Shown piece by piece: positions 46,201 through 58,464 of a stretch of DNA of 64,000 nt; position 1 is the first letter of the stretch; each line of letters opens with the position of its first letter. A program made the translations under genes and the position numbers. The notes beneath the pieces are model-generated. The model was given only the letters and a program-made list of their open reading frames with translations. It made no database searches and was not told where the DNA came from. The stretch is from positions 10,604,001 through 10,668,000 of the forward strand of contig CM119372.1 of the NCBI GenBank assembly GCA_051294905.1, written 5' to 3'. Source of the stretch: Botryllus schlosseri. Lineage: Eukaryota.

Positions 46201-49200
46201 CGCCGGTAACATATCATACGCGAAAGTTCGTCAACACGAGAAGCTTGTATAATCGGCATTTACGCATGTACTGTTCATGTACTGCGGATGCAGGGTGCAT
46301 ACCAGTGTTTTAATGACTCGAGTCAGACTCGAGTCAGACTCGAGTCGCGATTTTTTGGTGACTCGACTTGACTCGAGTCATTTTCTTTTTAAATGAAAAA
46401 TGACTCGACTTGACTCGAGTCAAAACTGTAAAAGTGAGATTGACTTGTGACTCGGAACCTTAGGTCACAACCCTGGTGCACACTGTACATGAGTACAGGC
46501 TTTTTCCCAGAATCAACATGCCATTTTCAGGGTGCGTATTACACATGGGGGCGTATTATACATGGAAAATTACGGTAATTATAGATTTATAGAATTACTT
46601 CCACTATTATGGAATTACTAGTTCCACTTGAGTAGCGTACACATCAGTAGATATATACAGTATTTCAATTAGTTAACATGGCCAACTAATGATTGAATGA
46701 GTCTAAATTTGGTTATTCACAAAATATTCTCATAACAGACACAGAAATTATGCCAATTGGTGCATTTTCACAGACTATCCGTTGGTCATGTGGAGTTTCA
46801 CACATTCCCCCCAGCCCAAATTACCTGCGTTGTGACTACTGGCGGAGAGCATATGCTGACGAAGATTTTTCATGTCCGACATGCTATGAAACGACATTTT
46901 CTTGTGGTGAACCGGGGAGGGGTCGAGTGTCAATTCGGCAGCTGGGGGTATTAAGCCCCGTTCGATAAGACTCAGGATGCCTCTCCTTGCATCCTTCAAA
47001 ACAATGTTACAAGTCTTAGCATTACAGTGTAGCTGCTTCTGGTCAGATACTTAGATAGAGTAGTTTTCTATTTAGCACTAATCCCAAATTGGGACACAAG
47101 TTGAAGCGTCGTTACTACACCGAATAGATATACAAAGTATTGACGAGGGCCGCTAATTTTTAATAGGAGCACTGACCAACGAATAGCATGGGTCAGGGGT
47201 TCTGAACCTTTTTGCGGTTGCGGTCCAATAAAATTTGAAATGTTGGCGGGCTGGTTATCTTTCAAAAATCAAAACTAAACCAGAATGAAATTACCGTACA
47301 ACAAAAGCATGCAACTCGAAACAAAGAATTCAATTTAATGACGAATTAGCTGCTGTTACTTATCATGCAAGGTTATATTTAAAAAAAAAGTACTGCAAAG
47401 TTGACGCGGTTGAGAACCATTGGTACAGACTCATTTTTTATTTAAATTCATTGATAAGGAATCGCAATAACATACAGTTTGCAACATGTTCCACTACTGC
47501 AACTTGAATGCTTTCAGAAGCCAGCACATAATGTACCAGGTTTGAAATATTGTCAAGTGGATTGAAATATTCCGATAGCTTAACCTGCGTTAATCAATTG
47601 TTGAACACCACATATCCGACACGTCATGCTAAATAACTAGTCTTGATAGATATTCACCCGAGCACTTTTGACAGTCGGTATATACTTTTTTCTGTTACGC
47701 TTGGCATTGAAAAGCAGTATCAAGCAAACGTACCTTCTCCGAAATTGCCGGAGGCGGAAGCGATGGGTCAACTCTATTGGCTTTCGGTAAGACGGAAAGA
47801 TGATCGATGGTTCTTCCTCGTGTGACGTTGATTGGTTGCAACTAGAAATTGAACTTTCTGAAGCCCGTCGAATTAAACTTGCGTTTCGCTTGCAGCTTAC
47901 CTTGGGCTGTCGTCCTTGGGGAACGGGAGGTAAGCCGATACCGTAGGACCGATTAAGAACATTTCGATTGAATAAATTCTCGGGGTTCAATAATGCTTTC
48001 AGTGTTAGGTTCTTTTGCATCTGAAACAGCATCGGACATTACCAGAGGTGGTCAACATAGTCAGCATCCGTACTCAAGTTGAAGTGAATTTGTTGTAGTT
48101 GTAGCTGTAGCTTTTCAAGACACCGCTTATGCCAGGGGTGGCCAACCTTTTCGGCCCATGGGCCACATGAGATTTACGAACCATTGCACTGGCCACGTGA
48201 ATGCTGATGTCCTTTTTTAGTCATCCGATAGGGGTGAATTGGATTAGGTAATGGAGTAAACAAGACTAATATTACCACGGGTCAAAATCGATAACAATTA
48301 TGCCATGAAAAATCGGTGTGAAGTTATGTCCTAGCCGCGCCAAGCGTGATATTTTTTTAAAGTAAATGAATGAATTCGGAAAATAACAATATTACTTGCA
48401 TATATTGTGGGTTGACTCTATATAGCCTACTGCTGGGCTCATTTGGTAAGGACAGGATTATTTGGCGTTGATCTTTCTATGAGCGCAGAGGCAAAGACGC
48501 ATGTTGGACGACACATTCTCTAATAATTGCGAATATAGTTCGACTCAATTCTGTCAATTGGGGGTGTTTTCAATTTTCGGGAGGAGGCACCAATGCTAAA
48601 AGCAAGCATTCGTGTGACAATAAATCACGCAAAGTGCTAAAAAAATATCAAGTCAAGAGAAATCTGCCACAAAATATTCTACTCAATGGTCAGGGTCATG
48701 AACGAAGATCTACTAAAAATGTTGCTGCCCCTGGCTACGCAAATGCGTTGGAACTGATATATTTTAGTCATCGACATCCCAAATTTAGCGATCAGGCTAA
48801 TCAAACTATGGCTAGCCTTGCAAGTTCACAATAAATTACCTGGGTAATTTATTTTTGTTGTTGTTATAACGAATTTCAAGAATTACCTCACGAGCGACTG
48901 AAAACCTTTTCGCGGGCCACTGGTTGGCCGCCCCTGGCTTATGCGGATGAAGTGGCGATGAGGAGCCTAGATAAACCTCCAACACTTCGGTAGGAATTCT
49001 GGAGTCAAACTCGATCGGATTAGAACCCGCAAACCATTGGTGTCACAACTGTGGAACGTACCACTGTGCTATCTCGTCACGAATTTGTTCTATTCAATTA
49101 CACGCAGATGTAGCGATTTTTGAGACCTGTCCAAATTACTTCAAAACTTTAAAGTACAAAATGAAGTTTTGTAAAGAACTCAAGGAAGTAGTTCCAACTT

Positions 49201-52200
49201 GAAGATTTGGTCGAGGGGTCGCATACTTTTGGCAGCTAATCGTAGATGCATACTTTCAAATGCAGCAGCCACATTTGCGACTAATGCAAAATGACTAATG
49301 CAACTGCAAAACAATTGTAATTTTCGAAATTATATTCAATTGCCCTGTTACAGGGGCTATTTCTCACAGATATGACAATTTCACCAATAAAAGTAATGCA
49401 AATATACCCACAAACTAGTTTCTACTTCAACAAAATTCAACGTCTAAAACATGAAGTAGAAGTGGAAGTAGCCTAAAACCATAAATACTTAGTGCAAGTA
49501 GTCAGAACCTACTTCAGTCCTCTGAAAAAGTAGAAGTACATCGTTATTGACCACGTCTGATCACAACAATTGTAGCGTGACATAATTAAATATAATATCA
49601 CCTATTCTACCACTTACATTTTGTCCAGGAGAGTCATGATATACGGACGGATGTAAGACCGGCCTTTCCGCTTTATTTTCTGTCGGTCTGCTTGGGAGTC
49701 GAAGCACAGCTCGAGAGGCCAGTTGCCTTGATGCCTTTGAAGAGTATGCAGATCCAACTCTGGTGCTCATGTCATCTAGTGGTGGCAGCGTCGCAACTTG
49801 GCTGTTGATCGTGTTGACAACAAAGTCGGTTCTTTGCTGGAAAAAGGTTGTTGTTACCAGTTTTCGATAATATTGTACAGTGGGATCATGATGCCATAAA
49901 GCAGGGGTCGGCAACCTTTTGCTAGTCGCGGGCCAAATTTCGGGTGTACAACCTTTTGGCGGGCCGGATTTTTTCTTAGTAGCCTACTATATTTTACGCT
50001 CACTTCGGTATATTATCCTACATTGCTGCAATCTCAATCATACCAATCCGAAGACACATGTATTTACACTTCAACGACACAGAATAATTGCGACAATTGA
50101 CGCAGCTTGCTTTGTGAAAGGTTTTCAACTTCTGGTAACAAGTCAGATGAAACAAGAATCAGACCCTATTCAAAATGGAGGTCCGATCTTAGCTTGCTCT
50201 TGGTGAATTTCATTGTTCAAAACTATTGTTCACATGCGTACGTGCTTCCAAAAATCGATGCAATTTCTTTTGCATTGCTGGTCAAGCTGGGATAAAGACC
50301 AATTTCAAGAACGTACTCTTTGTCAAAGTCATGCAGCGATATGCTCTTTGTATGAAATTTGTCACTCAATTCAACTGCATCGCATTTCAGAAAGGCCCAT
50401 TTGAAATTTTCAGGCAATGGTATTGGCGTCCACATTAAACAGAGTACTGAATAGTCAGAATCCATTTTGTAGAGAAGGAATGTCGGAAAAGCGGGTGAAT
50501 ATTCAGTAGTTAAATTTCGTATCACAGTTACAAATGTAGTGTTGGTACTAGGTTTTCTCTCCTCCAGTATAGGAAAGTGAGCATAATTTTCGTTGTACTG
50601 TTGACATTTCCAGAGTCACAGATTTGTTTTGAATGCGCCTCAACATCTCATGTATGTAGTTGTTTTCCCCCTGAAGTTGCAAGTTCAATTTGTTCAGATG
50701 TGACGTTAAATGTACCAGGAAAGCAAGATGAGATACCCATTTTCGATTACAAGATTATGAGTCGGCGATATTTGTATTTTCGAGGAAAGTTGCTATCTCA
50801 TTTCTCAGTTCATACACTCGTGTAAGCATAGCTGCTCGACTCAATGAGCGACCATGACAGATATAGGCCTACATGACATCGCTATATTGATTCTCTGCTT
50901 CTAGTAATATCTGGCGTAACTGATTAAGTTGATGAGACAAAAATCATATTAACAGTTTTCACCATTGTGGCCAAAACACTATTCAGGTTTTTTTGTCTTG
51001 GCACACAATGCCTTCTGGAAAATCAAACTATAGACAGGCTAACTAACATACGAGGCTAGTTATCTATAATTGAATAGTTTGAGATTCCGTCACTGCGTCT
51101 GAGATGCTCCAAGCGCTTTTGAAGCAAAGGAAGAACACCTTTATTGTCACACCCCGTTAGAGTGATTAGCCCTTTAAAAAAGCATGGAACACCTTCGGTT
51201 GCGAGATACACCTGATTGATAAGCACTGATCCAGTCTAGTCTATCTCCATCTCCTACTTCAACCACCTTCGTTTTATGGCGTAACAATAGACTGATACGA
51301 TGTAGGCTTCCATTATATCGTAGCAATGCCGCATTTTTTTCATGCATCGCTGCACTGCAGATTGAAACTCATTATGAAGCGGCGGGCCGTATTCTTGTGA
51401 TAACTAATTATTATGTCGCGGGCCGGACGATTTCGCATGGCGGGCCGGATCCGGCCCGCGGGCCGTAGGTTGCCGACCCTTGCCATAAAGGGTAAGTAGG
51501 ACCGTAGCGTTCCCCATATACATAACCTGATCAAAATCAGGGCTTCTCATTGCCTCAATTGCTAAATCTTATGGTGTCTTAGCAAAGAAAAGCCCATATA
51601 AAGACCCAATGAAGGACTTAATATATATTGTTTTATATATTATACAAGTAAGTGAGGAAAAGCGTCTAAAGAAGGACACTCAAAATATCAAGATCGAATA
51701 CCGTTACATCAGGCACTAGCCTGAACCTGAAGTGGACATTAGATTAATTGGTTGTTTCGATATCCTTGTACCTGTTCATTACATATCATTGTGTTTTGTG
51801 TATTGCATTGTACGTTGTGTGTCTTGAGCGGACACAAATATAAAAGCCTACTATTACTATTTATGTCATTCATCCTATAATATACAATACCAGAGGGAGG
51901 AAGTCATAACAACACAGTTATCGCAATGACCGCAATTTTATTACAAAAGAATACAAATTTTGGTGTTTTCAATCAATATATATATTCAACTATATTTACA
52001 AACATCTCAAAGGCAACAACGAGCACTATACCTGGAGGCCCTGTTCTGTCCTTTGAATAGCATTCTCTATGGCTGTCAGATCTATTCCCTGTAGCGCATC
52101 TTCGCCGGCATTCGCTATTTGATTTTTGACACGTTGGAGGTCTTCCTGTACCTGATGGAGTGCATATTGGTGTAAAAATTCGTACTTACACTCTACATAC

Positions 52201-53988
52201 GCAAAATAGGAGAAAGAATTTTTTTAATTGGTTTCAAGTCTTTGCCAGTGCCCAGCGGGTAGCCCTTCACTAACGAAGCTTGAAGTATGTCCCAAACTTG
52301 AATATTGAACATATTTTTTCATGAATATCGAATCTTTTGGTTGAAAGAGTAATTTCTAGCTAAAGTCCCCGCTGTCCAGACTGGAATCGGTGGTTGTTTT
52401 CGACAACATGTTGTGCGTGACAGACGGATTTCTCGCGTGATTGGAAAATTTCATCCGCGTGACGGAAATATTTTTCGCTCTGATTCGGTACTGAATTAAT
52501 TATCAAACGACACAATGTGTTAAAATAGACCTGGTATACGCCGGACTAGGGTTACGCCGTTGCGCAAATGCCACGCTTGCTTGCGTTGATAGTAAAGCGC
52601 AAGCGCCTTATTCTGGATCTGAACTCCGGTATCGCTTTGTGACGTCAGCATAATTCAATAATTGGCGTGATCAGATGCAAATGTTTGCGTGACGTTGCGC
52701 GTGCCGTTGCCGCTGATTCCACTCTGGCCCGCTGTACACAAATAGGGTCAAGTGTAGAATACGGCCAGTGATCCCCATGACCATCACCGATCAATGTTTC
52801 ACATTAAATGTCAAAACTCATAGTGCTTCACATGAACACGTCAAAATAAATTGTTTTTATTTTGCCTGTGGAGAGTCGGATATTAGGGTTGCCGGAGATG
52901 GGATATTAGGGTTGCCGGAGGTGGGATATTAGGGTTGGGGGAGGTGTGATATTAGGGTTAGGGGAGGTGGGATGTTAGGGTTGCCGGAGGTGGGATATTA
53001 GGGAAGGGGGATATTAGGGTTGCCGGAGGTGGGATATTAGGGAAGGGGGATATTAGGGTTGCGGAGGTGGAATATTAGGGTTGAGGGAGGTGGGATATTA
53101 GGGTTAGGGGAGGTGGGATATTAGGGTTAGGGGAGGTGGGATGTTAGGGTTGCCGGAAGTGGGATATTAGGGTTGCCGGAGGGGGGAGATTGGGGTTAGG
53201 GGTATGTTAGGGTTGGGGGTATATTAGGGTAGCCGGAGGGGCTGGGGTTAGGCCATCCCAAGATTAAGGTTGGGGTGATGGATATAGATCTCCTAACCCT
53301 AATATCCCCTCCCCCAACCGTAATATCCCACCTCCCCTAACCCTAATATCCCACCTCCCCTAACCCTAATATCCCACCTCCCCCAACCCTAATATTCCAC
53401 CTCCGGCAACCCTAATATCCCACCTTCCCCAACCCTAATATCCCATCTCCGGCAACCCTAATATCCCCCTCCCCCAACCCTAATATCCCACCTCCGGCAA
53501 CCCTAATATCCCACCTCCGGCAACCCTAATATTCCCAGCATCCCTGGTCCCCCAACCCTAATAGCCCCTCCGACAACCCTAATATCCGTCAGTCCGTCAC
53601 GCCACAGGAAAGAAAACAATTTATTTTGATGTGTTCATGGGAAGCATTTGTTGGTGTAATGTGAAACAGTGATCTGTGATGGTCATGGGGATCACTGGCC
53701 GTATTCTACACTTGACCCCACAAATATGCAATCAGAATATCCTTCTATAATCCATGTAATCTATATACACTTAAAATCTCGTTACGTTTTGCCTAATATA
53801 GCAGGTGAGCATCGATTATTCTCCAAGTTAAAGTAATTTATTAAAAAAATTTATAATTGTGTGAGCTCACGACACCGATTGTCCGATTCCATACAGGCTT
53901 CTTCGGCCTACTGCAGCTGCAGTTGCAGGGTATTTACCTTGACCAAAATATGTCCAATACTCTCCAGACTTGGCTGCAACTCCGTCAT
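31249..53988 (-). CDS. IQCH: IQ motif-containing protein H, multi-exon, apparently complete
   Basis: First exon 53988-53938 ([17 protein letters not shown]), then 52151-52032, 49836-49618 and further exons carrying [13 protein letters not shown] (~46990), PGQRFRG...[18 protein letters not shown] motif (~40000), [36 protein letters not shown] and [11 protein letters not shown]. Last exon 31419-31249 ends in TGA. Confidence 0.93.
34563..34596 (-). ncRNA. Putative minimal hammerhead ribozyme, inverted copy (sense to IQCH)
   Basis: Exact reverse complement of 34824-34857. Confidence 0.6.
34824..34857 (+). ncRNA. Putative minimal type I hammerhead ribozyme
   Basis: ACCC-CTGACGA-G-tgtcagc-C-GAA-AATATT-C-GGGT: intact CUGANGA and GAAA core, stem I ACCC/GGGT, 1-bp stem II, palindromic stem III, UUC cleavage triplet. 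Confidence 0.6.
37249..37670. mobile_element. hAT MITE (CAGGGCTGTGGAGTC family)
   Basis: TIRs present; perfect TSD AAACATCC. Confidence 0.85.
39283..39593 (-). mobile_element. tRNA-derived SINE, copy 2 (IQCH intron)
   Basis: Reverse complement aligns to 433-740 over its full length. Confidence 0.85.
41576..42417. mobile_element. hAT MITE with GTCAAAA subterminal repeats
   Basis: TIR TAGGGCGGTTTTTTTTTGAC / GTCAAAAAAAAACCGCCCTA; perfect TSD GTGATTAG. Confidence 0.88.
42580..42764. mobile_element. Short hAT MITE
   Basis: TIR CAATGTTCCCTCTAA / TTAGAGGGAACATTG; perfect TSD CTTGTCAG. Confidence 0.85.
44263..45683. mobile_element. piggyBac-like element nested in the pogo-like element
   Basis: TTAA-CCCTACTCCCGCGG ... 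CCGCGGCGAAAGGG-TTAA (imperfect TIR, TTAA on both flanks). Confidence 0.55.
45834..46020. repeat. About 51-bp degenerate minisatellite, ~3.5 units
   Basis: Units begin GGCCT(G/A)A.. and contain TCGCATCT and GATATAATCG. Confidence 0.7.
46303..46475. mobile_element. Short inverted GACTCGAGTC MITE copy
   Basis: Family ends present; TSD GTGCA(T/C)AC. Confidence 0.75.
48133..48936. mobile_element. hAT (Charlie/Buster-like) MITE
   Basis: TIR CAGGGGTGGCCAACC / GGTTGGCCGCCCCTG; perfect TSD GCTTATGC. Confidence 0.88.
49902..51482 (-). mobile_element. Internally deleted hAT Buster/Charlie transposon with a C-terminal transposase remnant
   Basis: TIR CAGGGGTCGGCAACCT / AGGTTGCCGACCCTTG; perfect TSD CCATAAAG; minus-strand remnant ..[19 protein letters not shown] resembles the hAT dimerisation domain. 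Confidence 0.85.
52745..53718. mobile_element. Foldback/MULE-like element with inverted telomere-like G-rich arrays
   Basis: TIR GGGTCAAGTGTAGAATACGGCCAGTGATCCCC; TSD CACAAATA (52737-52744, 53719-53726); ~22-23-nt unit GGAGGTGGGATATTAGGGTTGCC in the left arm and its reverse complement in the right arm. Confidence 0.85.
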
Positions 53989-54116
53989 AATTATCTTGTT
54001 GAATGTTGAATTGTTTGTTGTGAATATTCTTCTTCCAGCTAATGTAATTTCACCATTTCTATTTCTGTGGCGGGTACACCACAATAGCAAAAGCAACAAC
54101 AACACCAGCTGCTCCT

Positions 54117-54153
54117 GCTGCTTGGCAACTGTAATCCGACACTAGGTGGCACT
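54117..54153. promoter_or_regulatory. Candidate RFX X-box and CTCF-like motif upstream of IQCH
   Basis: GCTGCTTGGCAAC (54117-54129) and CACTAGGTGGCACT (54140-54153), 130-165 bp upstream of the ATG. Confidence 0.5.
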
Positions 54154-54163
54154 TAATGGGTCT

Positions 54164-54801
54164 CATCATCATCATCATTGGTTTATTAGCAATTTTATCA
54201 GTTCAATACACCACAAAAAATGCGATACAATGAAAAGACAGGAAGGTGTCGAAGCGACAAGGAGCAGTAGTAGTAGATAGTATAGAAAAAGAAAGCGACA
54301 ATAAATAGGGCGGCATGTCATGGGAAGCGAGATCGATAGGTCAGTCGTGGTCCGGTAATCTTGAGGATGGACTGTATTTATTTAGTAGTAATTGCTTGTA
54401 TTTCGACTTGAATGTGGACATGCTCGTCGACTGTCGGATGGCCGGCGGGATACTGTTCCACACATCAGGTCCGGCATATTTGATAGAGCGATGATCTTTT
54501 CGGTCGATCATATGATATTTGGACGACGTGGACGCGCGTGTGTTGTACTTGTGCGCTTTTGATTCCGAGGTAAAGAAGTCATTGAAATATTCGGGGCAAC
54601 GACCGCAGTGGAACTGATACATAAACTTGGCGATTTCTAGTTTCCGCATATCTTCTATGTTTAGGACGCCGAATCTCTTCAGCAGCGACTTGTTGGATGG
54701 GCAGCCAGGCCCCTTTGGGGCCCTAGCTATGATTCGGAGTACTTTATGTTGTAGTTTTTGCAGTGGCTTGAGTGCAGTTTTACTGGCAGCCCCCCAACAG
54801 A
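54164..54801 (-). mobile_element. 5'-truncated CR1/L2-group LINE copy
   Basis: Near-identical to 59402-60060; ends AATAAACCAA(TGA)n; TSD GGGTCT (54158-54163, 54802-54807). Confidence 0.9.
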
Positions 54802-54913
54802 GGGTCTGGCCATGGATTTCCAATGATATTATCATTATTTTATCCATGTCCAGAGTCCACTTGTCCAGTCCATAGAAAACTGAAACTAATTTAGTTTTCC
54901 ATGATATGTAAAC

Positions 54914-55226
54914 GACAAGATAGCGTGATGGTGAAGCGTCCGGCTTCTTGATCGGTGGGTAGTGGGTTCGATCCCCGGCCGGGTCAGACCAAAGACCGGA
55001 TTAGTAACACTGGTATCCATGACTTCCCTGCTTGGCGCTCATGCATTACTGAGATAGCATGGAGGGGTGGTGCATGACTTAGAAAGCCGTAAAGGTTATA
55101 TCTGCACTTCCTTGTCCAGGGACATATGCACATCATGCATTCATGGCATGCATATGCACAGATCGTGTGTATGTGTATCGTGAATCGGTGTATATGCCGC
55201 AAAAAAACATCAAGGACAAAAATAAA
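54914..55226 (+). mobile_element. tRNA-derived SINE, copy 3
   Basis: Aligns to 433-740 over its full length. Confidence 0.85.
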
Positions 55227-55339
55227 CTTCGTTCTTTCCTTTCCTTTCCATTATGGAAAACTAACCATTCATCTATGTATATCGCTGTGTAGGATCAATC
55301 TGTGTTAGGAGACAGAAAATGCTATTTTTCAATCAAGAC

Positions 55340-55623
55340 AATAAATACAGTCCATCCTCAAGATTACCCGACCACGACTATGACCTATCGATCTCGCTTC
55401 CCATGACATGCCACCCTATTTCTTGTCGCTTCCTTTTTCTATACTATCTTTCTTACTTTCATTCAGTGTGCATGCCTCCTCTTTACATCGCCTAGGCCAA
55501 GGTGGGTGTCTGATTCCATAGACAACTCCTAGTCGCTTCGACATCTTCCTTTCTTTTCATTGTATCGCATTTTTGTGGTGTATTGAACTGATAAAATTGC
55601 TAATAAACCAATGATGATGATGA
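55340..55623 (+). mobile_element. Short LINE 3' end, same family
   Basis: Aligns to the LINE 3' UTR with a (TGA)n tail; another short 3' end lies at about 32905-33006. Confidence 0.85.
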
Positions 55624-55648
55624 AGACATTCCTCATATATATTGCTGT

Positions 55649-57673
55649 CAGAGTTGGATCAATTACATTATTTCAGTTCAATTACAATTACAATTACAAT
55701 TACTTTCATGCATGTTTCAATTACATTACAATTACAATTACTCCATGCTAAAAATATCAAATTACAATTACAATTACAATTACTCCTTGCATGCTTCAAT
55801 TACATTACAATTACAATTACAATTGCTGCTGTTGAACATGTAATTGAATAATGATAAATTCAACTGTGCTCCTTAACAACAATTCACGTTTCATTCATGA
55901 TACGCAAATACCCGGTAATTAATAAAAGAAAAACGTTTTCGAACTATTCCAGTATGCAGTATGTCGTTGAAAAAAGTATTATAATCATGCACGGGTTGGA
56001 TTTGCGTATATAGTATATAATTAAAGAAATAATATTATTTTTATCGAGGGACGTAGGAATTAGGATGAGGGTGAAAACAACAGGGTTGTAACCAAGTCAC
56101 AAGGCTCCGAGTCACAAGTCAATCTCAGTTTTATAGTTTTGACTCGAGTCATCTTCAATTCACCACCGAGTCAAGTCCGAGTCCAAGTCACCAAATAGAG
56201 GGTCGAGTCCGAGTCATGGTATTATGACTCGAGTCGAGTCCAAGTCATTGTGCTGACTGCCCAGTTTCCAGTAAAAGGCTTGTTAAATCCACTTTTTATA
56301 ACTATGTTTGGTGATATCGAATGGTTCGCATTTATAATATACTAATTTTCGTCATTTTGAGCTGTTTCTGGACGCGTTTTCAAGTACCAGTACCAATAGA
56401 CGAAATCTCAGTAGTGTGATTACTTTACTATTCCTTGAAATTACAATGAAACGTCGGTTTGGCAGTCTCAGTCTCGAGTCATATGACTTGGTTCGAGTCA
56501 TGCGCAATGACTCGAGTCCAAGTCGAGTCAATACACAAATTGACTCGAGTCGAGTCGAGTCATTTCCGTATTTTGAGAAAATGACTCGATTCAAGTCGAG
56601 TCATCTGAAAAACGTGACTCGAGTCAGACTCGAGTCATGACTCGAGTCATTACAACCCTGGAAAACAAAACCGTGCTTTGTCAGATAAGACGTTATATAA
56701 TATCCAGTGGCCTGGTTAGTTAGCCAGACGAAGTAACGATGCAGCATCGTGATCTGAAATCGTATTGTAGATTGCCAACCCACGGATAGATGCGCAAGAT
56801 GTGAGTAACGGATGAATGCACCGACAAACGTACTGCAGAGCCGGCTAAAAGCAGCAAACTTTGTAGTCCTAGAGCTGGCGATTCAGGCGTCCAAATTTGA
56901 TGCATCTGGTCTTTATCGTAAGCTGTTGAGTGTTGATGCACTAATTCGGAAAATACAAATTAAAATCTCGTCAGGGCAATGTAACTGCTCCAAAATAGCC
57001 GTTTAAGGCCGACTGTTCTGAAAAGTGAGAGCGCCGCAGCAGCATGACCACAACAACGACCAATTACTCCCAGCGATTGTTCCGAACAATGCCGATTCCC
57101 AGACTTTCACGACTATTTTGGGATGGTACCATTGCCTGTAAATATATTTTTATTGCGGAATCAGTGCGACACTAGCTTTCGATTAGGACCATACATATCA
57201 AATTTCGACGCTTGGATCGTTAACTATGGGACTATCAATTCTGCTGCTTTTAGCCGGCTCAGCAGTTCGCTTCACAGCGTATTCAATCGTGAGTCACGTG
57301 TTGCGAATCCATCCGTTGGTTAGTAATCTAGTAATTGTATACAATGGCAGCCGAGGCCAGCATAGCGGTAAAAATAAAAAAACTTCGCCCGCAAGGGCGC
57401 AGTCAAGGGCTTCCGCGAATGGATCCACCAAATTCCTTGTCGACATTTAAAGAGAATGCATTATAAGTCAATTATTTTATGTTGTGCTTGTCAGGTCTCA
57501 ATAGCAATTTAATGTAATTTAAATTGTAATTGAGCAAAATTTTTGTCAAATTACAATTACAATTACAATTACACAAAATAAAAATGCTTCAATTACAATT
57601 ACATTACAATTACATTGAAATATGTAATTAATTACATTCAATTACATTACAAATTACAATTGATCCAACTCTG
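55649..57673. mobile_element. TIR element with (ATTACA)n subterminal repeats
   Basis: TIR CAGAGTTGGATCAATT / AATTGATCCAACTCTG; flanks TATTGCTGT / TAATGCTGT. Confidence 0.8.
56081..56660. mobile_element. GACTCGAGTC-repeat hAT MITE nested in 55649-57673
   Basis: TIR CAGGGTTGTAA / TTACAACCCTG; perfect TSD GAAAACAA. Confidence 0.9.
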
Positions 57674-57788
57674 TAATGCTGTGACCTGACTTTTGCACCA
57701 TTTACCCTGTATTATATATTGTATCACTGTAAGCGACTATGATTGTATTATACCCGGGTAAATTTCCCAGATCAGTGTGCGAATAGCA

Positions 57789-58407
57789 TAGAGTTACCAT
57801 ACGTCCTCCTTTAGGAGGATTTGTCCTCCTTTTTCATGATTTTGAAAATGTCCTCCGAGGACGTCTAATTGCCCTCCTTTTTGGCAATTCGTCCCCCTTT
57901 ACAGCTTTTACAGCTAAGATAATGAAGATATTAGAGTGAAATTGGGCATAAATGATGTTAATGTTAAATAGGAAATTCGTGGTTCGATCGAAAGTGATGA
58001 ACGACCTTTTTTTAGTCAACCCACCAAAATTTTCAGCAAGAATGGCGAAATCAGCTGATTTCAGTTTTGATCAACTAACTTTTCTGAAGTGGTAAAAGTG
58101 TCCTCCTTTCCCGATTCCAAAATATGGTAATCAATCAATCAATCGCGTTTATTAATATTTTCATCGTTTCAAAACATCACAAGACTGCGATACAATGAAA
58201 AAAGGAAGGTGTATAAACAACTTGGAGAAGCCTTTAAGATTATATAGACACTCACCTTAGCCTAGGCGAAGTAAATAAGAGGCATGCACCCTGAATGAAA
58301 AGTAATGCAGAGAATGTAGGACGCAAGCGACAAATGAGGTGGCATGTGGCGGCGGGCGAGGTCGATGTTAGGTCGTGGTCCGGTAATCCTGAAGACTGGT
58401 AACCCTA
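57789..58407. mobile_element. hAT MITE interrupted in its right TIR by a LINE 3' end
   Basis: TAGAGTTACCATA ... TGGTAACCCTA; aligns to 18473-18850. Confidence 0.7.
58131..58396 (-). mobile_element. LINE 3' end, related subfamily with a (GATT)n tail
   Basis: Diverged match to the LINE 3' UTR; TSD TGGTAA (58125-58130, 58397-58402). Confidence 0.75.
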
Positions 58408-58464
58408 TAATTATTATAGTATAATAGCAGGATTGTAACCAAGTCACATGGTTCCGAGTCACGA

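Larger units (their letters stand above)
44080..46575. mobile_element. Tc1/mariner (pogo-like) non-autonomous element
   Basis: TIR CCG(A/T)AATTTTCCATGTATAAT(G/A)CGC at both ends, flanked by TA. Confidence 0.75.

Noticed and set aside
52880..53590. Telomere or telomere-fusion site
   Set aside because: Repeats are ~22-nt units, not pure TTAGGG, and are bounded by TIRs and a TSD inside an intron.
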